From Felis catus (taxonomy: Eukaryota), in contig NC_058368.1 of assembly GCF_018350175.1 (NCBI RefSeq), forward strand, positions 63,614,001-63,678,000: a stretch of 64,000 nt of DNA, written 5' to 3'. The position numbers and the translations under genes were made by a program. Each line of letters begins with the position of its first letter. Position 1 is the first letter of the stretch. Under the pieces are notes generated by a model. It had not been told where the DNA came from and searched no databases. It saw nothing but the letters and a program-made list of their open reading frames with translations. Shown here in pieces: positions 26,364 through 40,667 of this stretch.

Positions 26364-26766
26364 GGGGGCGACTCCTGGGTTGCTCAGTCAGTTAAGTGTC
26401 AAACTCTTGATTTTGACTCAGGTCATGATTTCAGAATTGTGAGATCCAGTCCCATGTTGGGCTTTGCACTGAGTACAGGGCCTGTTTAAGATTCTCTCTC
26501 TCGGGGCGCCTGGGTGGCGCAGTCGGTTAAGCGTCCGACTTCAGCCAGGTCACGATCTCATGGTCCGTGAGTTCCAGCCCCGCGTCGGGCTCTGGGCTGA
26601 TGGCTCAGAGCCTGGAGCCTGTTTCCGATTCTGTGTCTCCCTCTCTCTCTGCCCCTCCCCCGTTCATGCTCTGTCTCTCTCTGTCCCAAAAATAAATAAA
26701 TGTTGAAAAAAAAAAAAAAAGATTCTCTCTCTCCCTGTCTCTATTCTCCCCTCCCCCTCAAAAAAG
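26364..26766 (+). mobile_element. Older Can-SINE interrupted by a nested young SINE
   Basis: Head at 26364-26502; the CT-rich tail resumes at about 26721. Confidence 0.85.
26503..26718 (+). mobile_element. Young SINEC_Fc-type Can-SINE, nested
   Basis: TSD aagattctctctctc at 26488-26502 and 26719-26733. Confidence 0.95.
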
Positions 26767-26809
26767 AGGTGTGGCAGATGTGAAGAATGGCTAGGAAAAA
26801 AGAAAGTGA

Positions 26810-27325
26810 AGTAAAGTGAAATACTTAGGTATAAATCTACTAAAAAATGTACAAGATTTATATGCTGAAATGCTGATGAAAGAAGTCAAAGAACCTAAAT
26901 AAATAGAAAGATATACCATGTTCATGAATTGAGAGACTCAATGTAGTACAGATGACAGTTTTACCTAAATTACTCTATAGTGTTAACCTAATTTATCAAA
27001 ATACTAGCAAGTTTTATGTAGATTTGGTCAAGCTTTTTCTAAAATTTATACAGAAAGGCACAGAACTAAAATAGCTAAAACAATTTTGAAAAAAGAAGAA
27101 TAAAGTGAGAGGAGTCCATCTACCTGATAATAAAGCTTACTCTGTAGCTACAGTAATTGAGAGTGTGGTATAGGTGGAAGGATAGACACATAGACTAGAT
27201 TAGAAAACCCTAAAATAGAACCACACAATTATGCACAACTGATTTTTGATGTGTGCAAATGCCATTCATTGGAGGAAGGATATCCATTCAACAGCTTGTG
27301 CTGAGCTATTGGACATCCATAAGTA
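26810..27325 (+). mobile_element. Old L1 ORF2 fragment
   Basis: aaatacttaggtataaatcta...aatagctaaaacaattttgaaaaa..., homologous to the young L1 at about 1890-2420 but degenerate. Confidence 0.85.
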
Positions 27326-27672
27326 AAATGTTATTCTGATATTATTATGTTGAAATGCATAAATATTTCAGCCCCTGAATTTTCACAAGTTCTGGGTTTT
27401 TCTGCCTTAGAGAAACTTCCTTTAATTTTTTTTCATAAGGCAAAATTTATTAAATAAGTCATCCCTGGTTTTTTGCCTATTTCATCAAATCCAAATTCTG
27501 CAAATCATAGACCTCAATTTCAGTGCATTCTAGTGGAGCACATATATTTATTTAAATAAAAATAGTAGTTTTATCAAGAGATTCTTCATACAAGTTGAGT
27601 TAATTCAAATAAATTTTAAATCATGAACATTGAGATCCCACTGTTCCATTTATTCAGTTCCTATTGTGGTTT

Positions 27673-27742
27673 TGTGTGTGTGTGTGTGTGTGAGTGTGTG
27701 TGTGTGTGTGGGTGTGTGTGTGTGGGTGTGGGTGTGTGGGTG
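27673..27742. repeat. Imperfect (GT)n microsatellite
   Basis: Direct observation. Confidence 0.95.
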
Positions 27743-27828
27743 TTGTTGTTTTTAGTAGGGACAAATTTCAATGTGTTTTTATTTCAAATATTCTCAGGAA
27801 TTGAAATATGTTAAAGGTTTTAAAAACT

Positions 27829-28035
27829 GGGGTGCCTGGGTGGCTCAGTCAGTTAAATGTATGATTTTGGCTCAGGTCATGATCTTATGGTTCATGAGTT
27901 TGAGCCCAGCATTGGGCTCTGCGCTGACCGTGTAGAGACTGCTTGGGATTCTCTCTCCCTCTTTCTTTGCCCTTCCCTGATTTGTGCTTTCTCTCTCTTT
28001 CTCTCAAAAATAAATAGGTAAACTTAAAAAAAATG
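27829..28035 (+). mobile_element. Can-SINE
   Basis: ggggtgcctgggtggctcagtcagttaa...CT tract...A tail, flanked by ttttaaaaactg repeats. Confidence 0.9.
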
Positions 28036-29184
28036 TTTTAAAAACTGAGGGGTTTTTGTGTGTACATTTGTTAAATATTTTGATTTAAGATTCCAGGTGA
28101 TATCTTCTGGCTGGGTGAGTGAAAGAAAAGACAGAAGAGTGAATTTTGGTAGGAATGATAAAGAGTCGGGGAGGAAGAGATTTTAAGTATACGTAGGAGA
28201 AAAATTTAGCAGGACTGGGTAAGTGAATGACTGTGGTGTGAGCTTAGGAACAAGAAAGAACCTAAAATCAATGTTGAGTCTTGCAAGACAGTATTCTAGG
28301 GACTGATTTACACTGTCATCTTTTTTTTTTTTTTTTTTTACTTCTTAATTTTTAATGAAATTCTTTTGAAAATTCTCTTCAACTCCAAGTTGGTGGGTAA
28401 GCTAGTATAGAGAATTAATTCATTTCTTTGTCAATATTTATTTAGTATATATCAGTATATACAGTGGGCACTGTACTATATTCAAGCAGTCCTTGATTTG
28501 CAGAATTTTGTGTTAACTGAAAATCGGGCATATGGGGACTGACTGAGTCATTGCTTTACATGGCTCCACTGATCTTAGTTACCAGAAAACTATACAAAAT
28601 GAAGACTGCTCTTGTTCCTCCAGAGATAGGACTGAAACTTGTGGCTGCTTTCCCCAAAGCTTAAAATCTATTGTGGAAAATAGACAAATGACGTTTCTGT
28701 GTGCAATGCTGGAGTTAGGGTAAGACCTTGTAGAGAAGACATCTGATTGGATTGCTGGGGAAGGAGGTTGGGAAAATAGTTCTGAAAACAGAGGCTTCAG
28801 GTGAAGAAAAAAGGCCAGGTGATTCCTATACTGGGAGAGGAAGCAAGATTCTGAGCTATAGGGTCCACGAGTCTTCTTACAGTTACAGCCAAGTGTGGGA
28901 GGTGGAAAGTGGTGGGAAGTAAACCTGAAGATGTGTAATCCCTTCTGATTGTTTTTAATTTCCAATCCATCTATGTTATGTTTTCTCTCATTCTAATCTT
29001 GCTTCTCTTCTCCTACTCTCCTTTCGTACACTTTCCTTTCTCTCAGGTTCTCATTTCTCTCCCATTTTCTCTTTTCTCTGGTTTCTTCTCTTTGTCTCAT
29101 CATCTCTGTCATAATCAGGGTTTTGTCCATGCTTATGCTATTTTTTAAGAACATTCTTTCATATTTGGTTATCCTTTTTCTTTT

Positions 29185-29406
29185 TCTTTTTTTTTTTTTT
29201 TTCAACGTTTATTTATTTTTTGGGGACAGAGAGAGACAGAGCATGAACGGGGGAGGGGCAGAGAGAGAGGGAGACACAGAATCGGAAACAGGCTCCAGGC
29301 TCCGAGCCATCAGCCCAGAGCCTGACGCGGGGCTCGAACTCACGGACCGCGAGATCGTGACCTGGCTGAAGTCGGACGCTCAACCGACTGCGCCACCCAG
29401 GCGCCT
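29185..29406 (-). mobile_element. Young SINEC_Fc-type Can-SINE
   Basis: CpGs intact, near-identical to the 11613 copy. Confidence 0.95.
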
Positions 29407-29999
29407 CTCTTTTTCTTTTTAATAAGGCCTGTTGTGATCTTTTTAAATTCTCTCTTGTTACTTTTTAAAAATTTCATGTTTCTGATTTCTTAAGATAGCT
29501 TTTTTTGAATTTTTATGTTTTCTTTTTTGGTAATAAACGTGTTTTAGGGAATAAATTTTCCTTTGGTTATTGCTTTGCTTTATTGCATGATTTTACTATG
29601 AAGAGTTCTTTTCATTTTATTTTAGGTAGTCTTTTTTTTTTTTTTTTTGAGGCTATCCAGACAGTTTTTGCTTTGGATTGGCTATGTTTATTATGGTTTC
29701 ACTGACCCCCAGATGTCAGTGGCTCACAGAGACTACATGTCCTTTATGTATTGGTGATGGCTCTTCTGGCCCAGATGAAGGAATAGTCCTATCTGAGGTG
29801 ATACTGCTCAAGTAGCAGAGGGAAAGATGGTTTTGGCTCCAATGTATCTGCTTGGAAGGGGTACATGTTGCTTCCATTCACATTTCATCTTCCAAAGTCT
29901 TAAACAGCCAAGCCTGATATCAAGACCTAATACTCACTAATATTCCCACAGGGAAGGTAGACCATAGTTTGTATGAAAATTTAATCTACCCTGAAGTAT

Positions 30000-30392
30000 G
30001 TTGATATGAGTTGAATTGTGTTCTCTCAGAAAAGATGTTGGAATCCTGAGCTCAAATGTGACTTTGTTTGTAAACAATCTTTACAGAGATAACCAAGTTC
30101 AAGCGAGGTCATTAATGTGGGCCCTAATCCTATATGACTGATTTCCTTATAAAAAAGGCCAATTTGGCTAAAGAGACACATACATGGGAGAACACCATCT
30201 AAACACCAGGGCATGCTGGAGCCTACCAGAAGCTAGAGGAGATAAATGCATGAAAGATTTTCCCTGTCAGCCCGAAGAAGGAGCCAAACTTGCTAACATT
30301 TTAGTCTCAAACTTCTGGTTTTCAGACAATGGGACAGTGAGTTTCACCCATTTTGTGGTGCTTTGTTATTATGGCACCAGGAAACCAAGACA
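30000..30392 (+). mobile_element. MLT1 (ERVL-MaLR) LTR
   Basis: gttgaattgtg...gtgggccctaatcc.atatgactg..tccttataa...taccagaagctagagga...ttatggca.caggaaac.aagaca. Confidence 0.75.
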
Positions 30393-33069
30393 AATATGTT
30401 TCAAAATTTTCAAGATATGCTTGGTCATATTCTTATTATTTCTAATTTTATTACCTTTTTATTAGAAAATGTAGCCAGTGAAATCTCTGCCTTTCAACAC
30501 TGAAGTGTTTCCATGGTTAGAATCATGATCAACTTCACAGATTTGTTTCAAGTGGCAAATTCTCTACTCAAAAATTTTCCTCAGATTTCAAAAATTGTCA
30601 TATGTATATGCTTTTCTGTTCAGAAGCTTAAATAACAATTTTACCGTCTTCTAATTTACTTCAGGGTTTTGTAAACCTTAATTATAAAAAAAATTCAAAT
30701 TCATCTTTCTAAAAAAATGAATAAATACTCTTGATTTTGAAGTGTACCTTTATGTTGATCTTTTCATTTGTTTTATTACTAAGTTGCAGTGGTAAGAATG
30801 ATGAAAAGTAGACTAGGCTGATCATGTCTTTGTAAATGTTTTCTTTTAGTGACCCCTGATCATGCCTTCCTTTTTCTATCGTTCCTTCTTTCCTTTTTTT
30901 TTATTTTCTTTTTTACTGAAGCAGCACAGTAATTTCCTTCAGAGAGCTATCTGCAAGGCCTGTCTATGAGATCCCTCCATTTCTGTCAAACAGTCCTTTA
31001 GAAGTTATAAAGAAAATGCTCATTATTACTGAAATCTTCCTTTCCGTTCAGATGGGGCTGAACCTGATAGCAATATTGCAGCTCAGCTGGGAAAGGAAAT
31101 GGGGAAAAAAGAATTGGACAGGAGAAAGAAGATAGAAGGTAATAGATTACATGCTGTATTGTTCTCAGGAAAAAATTAGATGCCGTTAGATGGCATATTG
31201 GATTTAAGTACATGATTTATGATCTGCTGAAATCATCTGTGTTATTCTGAATTATGCAAATATTATTTTATGACCTGATCTTGAATCAGGTAAGAGAATG
31301 GTTCTAACTTATGTGTATTTTGCCCTTTTTTTAAAAAAAAATCCCAAACACTATGATCTTAATGCTATTTTAACTTACATGTTTATACATGTAAAAGTGT
31401 CTAAAATAATTAATATAACCAATTTTGTGTCCTCAAGATTAACCGTTTGCAAACAACAAACAAGCTCTGGTGAGAAACTGGAGCAAATCTTTCCAGTTGG
31501 ACTATATTAGAATTCCATCTACATTTTAATTTGGTTCCTGCTGTGTGGATATATTAGACTGAATCTATTACCTGGCTCAATGGTCCTCTTAGACAATTTC
31601 CCTTTCTCATTCTGATTTTATTGTAAGTGATTGTCAACATACTGTAGAAGTCTGCACATCCAATTTTGATCACTCCCGTGAGGCATTGATATCTATGACC
31701 TTACATTAAAAAACAAAAAAAAAGAAAAAAACAAGAACTGAAGGAGTGTAGCGATATTTATAGATTATCTTTTGACGAAAGGCGCTAGTTATGGAGTGTA
31801 GGGTGAGGCTTTATATTTGGACTGTGTTTGGATGTTGTGCACGAGAAAATTCTGTAGCACTCATCCCCTTGGGGGCAGGGCCTGGTTTTACATTTAACAT
31901 TCCTGCTTTATGTTTACTGTTATTTTGGGTTGCCTCTGTTCTAGTGCTCATGAACCACCTGCTGTTTTTTCGTTTGGAGACAGTGTTTCTCTGAGTATTG
32001 ATTATAATTTCAGCTTTAAATATAGTCCTTTCATGCATTTAATACACTTAATCCTTACTGTGAAACAGATTAATGGACCTTTGGTGTAAAGCTGAGGAAC
32101 ATTAATTTAGTTCACTCTGGTTTATTTAACTGTGTTGCAGTCTTAACTGGGGTTTACTTTTTTAGGACATGTCTAGAAGTTAAGAGAGATGATGTCAGAT
32201 GGTAATGCAAGGCACTTCATTTTCTCATGCTGCCCACAGTTTGATGAAGGGCCCTCTTAGGGAAAAATAAATAGTAGTTATTCATTCCATATGCGGCTCG
32301 ATTTTCTCCTCTTCATCTTCAAAACTGTCCTGGCATCACCTTGTGTTTGGTACCTTGTTTTGACCCCTCATCCTGGCTCTCAGATCATTTCTTTCTAACT
32401 CTCTTATCTTTCCTCTTCCTGTTTTTGTTTCTTTGAATAGTTTATTCTTAATGTAGCCCCTGTCTCTTAGATGCCTGATGTATAGATTTCTACCTGGATA
32501 TCCTGCTAACATAACATTAAATGTTATGTTTGAATATACATTTCTCATCCTTTTCTCAAAAACAACTTTTCATCCTAACTTATCTGTCTTTATGCATGGT
32601 ATCACCATTTTTTTCCTGAGTCTTAGGTTCAACTTCAGTGCCATCAGTTACTTAAATCTCTTGTGTATCTTCTGCATGTCAATTAAAGATGAACTTTTCT
32701 TCTTATTTACTCTTTTTTTCTCTTTCTCTTGACACCTTTATTACTGTGACAACTTCTTGACTGGACTAACAACTTTAGTTTTTATCCTCTCCTGATCTTA
32801 AGAAACCTAACAGATTAAGATTTTAAATTATAATATTCATATATCATTTTCCAATTTAAAATTCTTCAGTGCTTTGCAGTTTTTTGCTGCTTAAAATGCT
32901 ATCTAATATTCACAGTTTTAAATGTCTGCTATAATCTCTGTTATATCATTCAAAATTAGTTCTTATTCATTTCACAACATCTTCTTTCCATCAGCAGGTC
33001 CTGCTCCCAGAATCCTCTGTTCATTCAATACTATTACTTTCTTGAGAACAGGAGGTATGTCTTATGTGT

Positions 33070-33432
33070 TGCTATAGACTGAATGTTTGTTTCTCCCTGA
33101 AGTTCCAAATTTGTATGTTGAAGCCTAATCTCCAGTGTAATGGGATTAGGAAGTGGGCCTTTGGGAAGTGATTAGATCCTAAGGATGGAACCCTGATGAA
33201 TGGAATTAGTGTCCTTGTAAAAGAGCCTCCCAAGAACTCCGTCACCCCTCCACCATGTGGAGATGCAGCGTGAAGATGGCCTCCTATGAACCAGGAAGTG
33301 GGTCCTCACCCAATACCTAATCTGTCCATACCTTGATCCTGGACCTCTTCTCTTTTAGAGCTGTGAGAAGTAAATTTCTGCTGTTTATGAGCCACCTATT
33401 CATGGTATCTGTTAGTGTCATCTGAGGGAACA
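33070..33432 (+). mobile_element. MLT1A-like LTR
   Basis: tgctatagactgaatgtttgt...tgggcctttgggaagtgattag...tatgaaccaggaagtggg.cctcacc...accttgatc.tggac. Confidence 0.85.
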
Positions 33433-35920
33433 GGTACATGTGTATATCACTTTTCTCAGCACGGTGTCTAATCTATGGTAGATGTTCAAGTAATATGATT
33501 ATGTTATTGTTGTTGAGTTTCGCTGTCAGTCAAGGTGATCTTTAGATGGGTAGGATGGTGATATATCTTTTATTTTGCCTTTTAAACTTTAAGGGCAAGA
33601 TATCTGGGGTCCCATCATGGGTTTAGATGTAACTCTTGTTTTGTGACTTTAAACAATTTACCTATAAACAATATATCTTAGTTTCCTCATCTGTAGAATG
33701 GAGATAACAACTATACTAATCTTGTTATGAGTTGTTATGAGGACTAAAGAAGAAAAAGTACAGATACAGGGTTTTAAAAGAGTGACTGATACACAGTAAG
33801 TTCTCAGTTAGGTATCAGTAAGATTTTGCCGATGTAATATATCTTTCTAGGTTGATGTTACTGAGAACATTTCCAGTTACTTGGCAAATTATGTAGAGAG
33901 AAAAGTCTTACTGGGAAACTCATTTTTAAAGATTTTATTTCTTGTCATTGTCAATACATGCATTATTTTTATAGTAAGGCTATTTATATGTACATCATTA
34001 TTTTTGTCTTGTTGAATCAAACTGGTATCTGAAAGTATTGATGAAACATTGATGAAAGTGCTGAGAACTGTAGGAATACTGAATTTACTGAATGTTTGTA
34101 GGATGACTAATAGTCTATATTAATGCTGTTTGACTACTCCTACAACCATCATCACTACCATCATTTATTGAACACTGATTATTTGTCATTTGAATTTTTT
34201 TAGTACACTGCAGTTGTTCCACTAAATACTAGGTAACATTTTGTCATTAGATATGTATACATAAATTATTACTACAAAAACATTTACGCATCAAGTAATC
34301 CCCTTTAAATACCCTAAAATTACCCTTTAAAAATTATCTGGTGGGGAAGTTCCCCAGTTTGCGTATTATCCATACTCTTTAAGTTTTCTCTGTCTCCCTC
34401 TGCATTATTATCTCAATTATTTTTGTCTATTAAATGTAGAATTTGTTTGGAGTCATTCTTTACAACTCTGGAATTTATTCTTCCTTAAACATATGAAAGG
34501 AAATATTCACAATAATTAAAATTTTAAGTGGCTTTTTCTAGAACCCGATAATATCTTTTAAAATAGTTGGAGATGTGTTGCAAAAAAGTCACCCCTTCAT
34601 GATGAGAAGAATTTGACTTTTGCTGCTTTTAAAAAAGTAGAGAAAATTTTGGGTAGGTTGACTCTGTGCCTTGGTGATTGATCACATTAAAGAGTTGATC
34701 ATGAAGAGTTGGCAGAATAAAGGATATAATTTCGCTGTTGAATTCAATTGAAACATATATTTAATATTTTTTCTGGATCTGAGATTCTGTGAGGTGCTGA
34801 AAGGCCAGGGAGCATTGAGACTTAGGTCCTTCCTCTGTGACTCTCATATTCTAACAGGGAAGATGGTGAATAATCCCAATAGAGAGGGGTCAACACAATA
34901 AGAAAAGTGTGGATCAGACAGGGGAAAGATTAACTGTATTAGAAGGAGAAACATAAACAGGGCTGGTTGGGAATGTTTCCCAGTAGGGTTACAATACAGT
35001 GTTCACCTTTTAAAAAAAAAAAATTAATTGCAGTTTGGTTGGTTGGCAATTTTTATTTCCATATGTTTGATATTAAGCAAGAATACTTTTTTTTTCTGGC
35101 TGCTGTAAAATTATTGTACCAAATCTTCTTAGCCATGACACAGTCATATACCTCATTGTAAACTTGAGTTTTATCTCCTTCACAGGTGATATTTAGAGTT
35201 TGGCATCCATCAACAACGCTTCAAAACAGAATATTACTAGCAAAGAAAAGAAGCTTAAACAGACAGTTCAAAATTTTATTTATGCTCCTGGAGTAGTAGG
35301 GAACCTGTTTATGACAGCTATTTCTCTCCTTTTAGGCTAAGATGCTTCATCTTTTAGCAGTGTTAGTTGAGCAAGAATACCATGGAGAAATAGGGTTTTT
35401 TTTTTTTTTTCCTAGAGCACTCTAGGCTATCAATTTTATAGACTCTGCATAATTCTCGACAAGAATGTAGTTTGAAGCAAGCTGTTATGATTAATTATTG
35501 CTCGTTAACTGGATCTTCACTCTGCATGAAAGAATATTGCAGCTTTTTTTCTCATTCCAGAAATCATGTTGTTTGTATTAAAATGAAATGCATTTGGGGA
35601 AGTTGGAAGCTGAGATGCCCATATTGGGCTGGTTTGGGAGGGGGAGGGGGATAGCAGGCATGTGAAAACCTTGCTTAGGTGGTACTGTACCAATGCCTTT
35701 GTGATTTTTCAGTAAAACTGAATTAGAGTGCTCAACAGAAAACTTATATAATAAGTTATTTGTGATGGAGACAGTTTGCATACCTTGTACTTTATAAATC
35801 TGCCTTCTTCTTAGCAAGAGTCCTTGGTCAACGTGTATATTTGGAAGAACTTAGAAGAATAAAGTACCAAAATTATTCATATCCTTGAACTCAGATCAAT
35901 TTCTTATCTTTAGAGGGTAT

Positions 35921-36121
35921 TTCTTTTAAGTTTCTTTATTTATTTTGAGACACAGAGAGAGGCGGGGAGGGGCAGAGAGAGAGGGAGAGAATCCAGGGCA
36001 GTCTCTGTGCAATCAGGACAGAGCCTGACTTGGTGGGGCTCGAACCCACAAACTGTGAGATCATGGCCTGAGCTGAGATCAATAGTCAGACACTTAACTG
36101 ACTGAGCCACCCAGGCACCAC
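35921..36121 (-). mobile_element. Can-SINE
   Basis: SINE motifs, flanked by tcttatcttta repeats. Confidence 0.9.
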
Positions 36122-37204
36122 ATCTTATCTTTATAAGATATTAACTAAACTACTAACCTGGTTTATCAGTAGCTCTCTGAAGAAAAAAATAGAATTGTAA
36201 CATGCAATTTTTTCACTCTCTTTATTCTACTTATATGAAGATAGGAAATAAAGATTTCTGCATGTGTTTATATGAGTAAATCTTCCTTAATAGTTGAGCT
36301 GAAATCTGTCAGTTTCTCAGTCTGTCTCCACATATACCTTTGAGAGTCTGACACATATGATTATGCTCACGTAAACAATGGAAATAGCATAAGAAAGAAA
36401 ATGCCCTAGTTTCCAACTTACAGGCAAAGTTTGTCTATAGCCAATTAGGATGGCCATTTCTAATAATTCTAATATTTTGTAGGTCCTAAAGAAAAGGACA
36501 AAAAAAAAGAATGACTGCTAACCATTGTTATATTTGTGGGGCCACAGTTTTCAGAAGCTCCCGCAGATATAGTTTTTTTTTTTTTTTTTTTTTTAATTAG
36601 GAAATTTTTGGAAGACTAGCAGTAGGAACTGAAGACAGTATAAACTGATTGACAAGGTGTTTTTCACTATTAAAACACTATGGGGGATGACACTACAAAA
36701 AACCATAGGAAGGATAATATACCGATCCTCTGGTTAATGTTCTTAATTCCTAACATATAAAAAACAAGATATCAAAAGCCAGAGCAACAGGACTTAGAGC
36801 AAACGGATGTTAAATATAATGAGCATTTACCATAACTTAAAATATTCTGATTTGAGTTACTTTATTTTTCCCTGTAAGGAGAAGTTGATCTTAATATACA
36901 TCTTCTTTCATTGTTTCTTATTCTATCACTCTTTTTGCTGTTTCTGAATATTTTCTGAGTACATAGCCAAATTTTGGTCACCTTTTGGACGCTTTTCCAG
37001 TGGAAAGAAATCCTTTTATATGTAAGCATATAAGCTAGAACATAAACTGAAAAAAAAGCATTTAGTAGGTGATGCTAATGCTATTATTGTGTGTTCCTCT
37101 ATGAGAGATTCCATTTGGTGATAAAGATGTCTTGCTGTGAAGTTTTCTTCCTTTTTCCTTAGTGTGGGAAAAAATTGTGTAAAAACGAGGATAAAAAAGC
37201 ATAT

Positions 37205-37680
37205 GGCTTATCAGTCAATTATTGCTGTTGAACAAGCAACCACAAAATCTCAGAGGGACACAACCATCGTGTTTATTACTTGCTCATGGGTCTGCAGATC
37301 AGTTAGGGTTTGGCTGACCTAGGCTTGGTTTACCTTGGCTTGGCTCCAAACTCCCCGGTTGGGTCCAAGCAGGTCTGTTCCAGGCTTTGGTTTGTGGGGA
37401 TGTGCTTAGATCTGTTTCCTGTGTGCTCATTTTTGGGGCTCAGATGAAGGAAAAATAACCACTCGGGAGAAATCTGTTCCCTCAATTGTTGGCAGGAGTG
37501 TAAGAAAGCAAGTGGAAACATGCAATGCCTCTTAAAGATGAGGCTCAGAGGCCCTCTGTCATCTCTGTCTATATTCCATTGGTCAAAGCCAGTCAGTGGA
37601 TGAGGGAGTATGTTTCTTCCTTGAATTTGGAGGATGCAAAGAAAGAATGCTTGCTAAACAATAAGCTAACTTTCCACTGG
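37205..37680 (-). mobile_element. Old MLT1-type LTR relic
   Basis: tattgctg...aaccacaaaatctcag...tttattacttgctcatgggtctgcag...ccattggtcaaagc.agtca. Confidence 0.55.
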
Positions 37681-37824
37681 GAAATGTAATTAATGAAGTA
37701 GCACAAATTCAAAGTCTTTAAGAGGTTGGAAATAAATGAATCTCTTGATATTAGCAATCACTACCATTTCCCAGTGCTAAGATGAGCATGTGTGGTGCTG
37801 AAAGCCTCCTTCATGCCTCATGTC

Positions 37825-38043
37825 CTTCTCAGCCATGGCACTACTGACATTTAGAGTCGTGTGTCCCCTTTATTGTGGGGAGACTTCTCGTGAAGTGTAG
37901 GATGTTTAGCAGTATCCTTGGCCTCTACCCACTAGATGCCTGTAGGATCTTTGCTGACCTTCCAGTCATAACAGCCAGAAATGTCTCCAGAATTGCCATA
38001 TGTCACCTGGGAAGCAAAATCACCCTCTGTTGAGAAATGCTGA
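37825..38043. mobile_element. MER20 DNA transposon relic
   Basis: ttctcagccatggcactactgacattt...gtaggatgtttagcagtatccttggcctctacccactagatgcc...aatgtctccaga..ttgcca...gttgagaa. Confidence 0.85.
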
Positions 38044-38779
38044 CTTACCTTATACTGGTAATCTTTGATATAGGGATCACTTCATTTCACAGATGGTGAA
38101 AGTGAGGTGCAGAAAAGCTACTTTCCCAGGGTTGCATTGGGGTAAATAACAGACTTGGGATTGAAATCCAGATCTCTCTAATTCCAAAACACATGAGTTT
38201 AAGCCCTATTGTGAAAGACTAATGCAGAAGATGCCTTTGCATTGAGTTTTAATAGTGCGAGTAGAAAAGGCAATCACGATATGCAGAAAGTAAGGTCTAT
38301 AAAAGGCGTGCTCAGGGAATTAGGAGAGGAGGGTGAGAACAGAACAGGATCCTCTGCTCACACTAATTGAAGCAAACAGCTGCAGGATTAGATGAACTAC
38401 TAACAGAGCAAATGGTAATTAACCAGATGAAGGAAGACAGGATGGGTTGCACCAAGTAGAGACCACAGTATATAGAAAGTCTTATGTACAAAGAAAGCAA
38501 AGAAATGGAGATGGTGGAAGCGAAGGATGTAGGGGAGAAAATGGCTGGAAATGAAGGCAGAGGCAAAGCCAACAGTGATTTATGCTGTGCAAGGGATTCA
38601 GAACTTTAATCCTGAAGGCAATGTTGGACACACACGGGAATTGTAAATAGGAAAATTACAGAATCATATTTGAATTTTGTAACATTGCTGTGTCCATCAG
38701 TGAAGGATGGATTAGAAGGGGGATTATAGATGGTAGGAAAATGTGCTATAGAAGCAAGAAAATTATGTGGAAGGATATA

Positions 38780-38796
<17 letters not shown>

Positions 38797-38810
<14 letters not shown>

Positions 38811-39015
38811 AATGTTTATTAATTTTTGAGAGAGAGAGAGAGAGACAGAGCATGAGCAAGGAAGGCAAAGAGAGAGGGAGACACAGAATCTGAAACAGGC
38901 TCCAGGCTCTGAGCTGTCAGCCCAGAGCCTGATGCGGGGCTCGAACTCGCAAGCCGTGAGCTAATGACCTGAGCTGAAGTCTGCCGCCCAGCCGACTGAG
39001 CCACCCAGGTGCCCC
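38797..39015 (-). mobile_element. Can-SINE
   Basis: TSD gaaggatatatat on both sides; the left copy is expanded. Confidence 0.92.
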
Positions 39016-40569
39016 ATGAAGGATATATATTGAAGTACTAAGAGTATCTTTGGATGAAGATTATGGTCTTATTTTCCATTTTTAGTTATTTTGAATTTTT
39101 CTGCAGTGAAAAAATATTGCTTTTGTCAAAAGTAATGTGTTTCATTAGAAAAATAGAACATTGTAGCAAGTCAGGCAAGAAGGTAACAGAAGTGATGGAG
39201 AAGGAGTGATTTATCTGAAGATGGTGTAGGAGGTGAACTTGTCAGGGCTTAGAGATGCATGTTTGAGAGCTTTGCTGAGGGTAAGGAAAGGGAAGGATCC
39301 AGGAAGCTCCTTGAGTTTTGGGCTTGAGCAGTTCATAGAAAAAGGGGTGGAGAAAGATGGGGTGACAGTTTGGGGGAAAAGATAGATTCTTCTTTGAATG
39401 GTGTTTCTGGAGCACCTGTGTGGAGGACATACCAAACTGTCCATAAGAAAGAGGAGTCTAAGAGAGGTTTTGATATCACTACAGATTTTGAAACAACTAA
39501 AATATAGAGTTATCTTTTTGGGTACATTTATCCAGGAAGAATGTACAGATGGGGAAAAGAAAGGGCTTACAGATAGATTTGTGATGGTAAAAATCATGTG
39601 CAGCCAGGGCAGTGTCAAAGGAAGGAAGAGTGAATTCTCAGAGGATGGTGTAGGAAACTCTGAAAGATGGAGAGGCCAAATAGGATACCACACATTCTTT
39701 TATATTGAGCATTAGGTTTTTAGTATGAGGGCAAAAGCCATTTCAGAGGGATTGGTGGTTACAGTTAGAGGTTAAATAGCTGTGGGTTGTGGTAACAAAA
39801 TAGAGGCCATAAGACGAAACCATTCGTTTGAGACATCTGCTTTTAAAAGGAAATGGGAAAATAGATGATCTTTTGATGCACAAAAAGACTCTCCATGTTA
39901 TTCATGTTTCTTTCACATAGAAAAATTTCCTGAGAGGGCTTGGAAGAAAGAGATGATTCATATTTAGGTGACATTATTCGATGCTAATGGAATTTTAATA
40001 TGAAAATTGTCTGTTTTGTGAGGTTTTTTTCATTTTGCTTTAATTTTAATTTTATCTATGTTTTTAAAAATCACTAAACCTTGAGGAAAAAAGTTAATCT
40101 TTATACCTGAAACTTAGCATTACTCTTTATTAAAGAAAGGAATCAATCCACTAAAATGAGAAAGGTACCCTTTGAAGGGTTTGTCTTTTGAATTGTGTGT
40201 GAATTTATAAATTTATTTTATATCTCCAATCACTTAAAATGTTATTAAAATGAAAGATTTTCTATCTTTTTTATTTCATTTTTGTCTTTTTTCTGAGTCA
40301 TTTTTTCCTTCTGTTTAAAAAAATTTTTAATGCTAAAAAAAGGAGAAATAAATGTAATTATTATTTAAGATATAAATTAGGGCATTTTATATGCCAGTTA
40401 GTAAGGGTTTTTGTTATAGTTTTATCATCTATTTCTTTTAAACTGTAAGTGCTATTTTTTGATTGTTTGCCATACTGTATTTCAAAACCTTTATTTTAAA
40501 AGTTTCCTATTCAAAACTCTACTTGGATTTTGAATGCTCATAGAAATATCAGTTTATTAAACTATGTCC

Positions 40570-40613
40570 TTTTTTTTTTTTTGAGAGAGAGAGTCAAGCT
40601 AGGGAGCAGGGCA

Positions 40614-40667
<54 letters not shown>

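Noticed and set aside
39211..39715. 160-aa and 105-aa overlapping ORFs
   Set aside because: They lie in purine-biased L2-like relic sequence, have no recognisable domain, and are probably chance ORFs.
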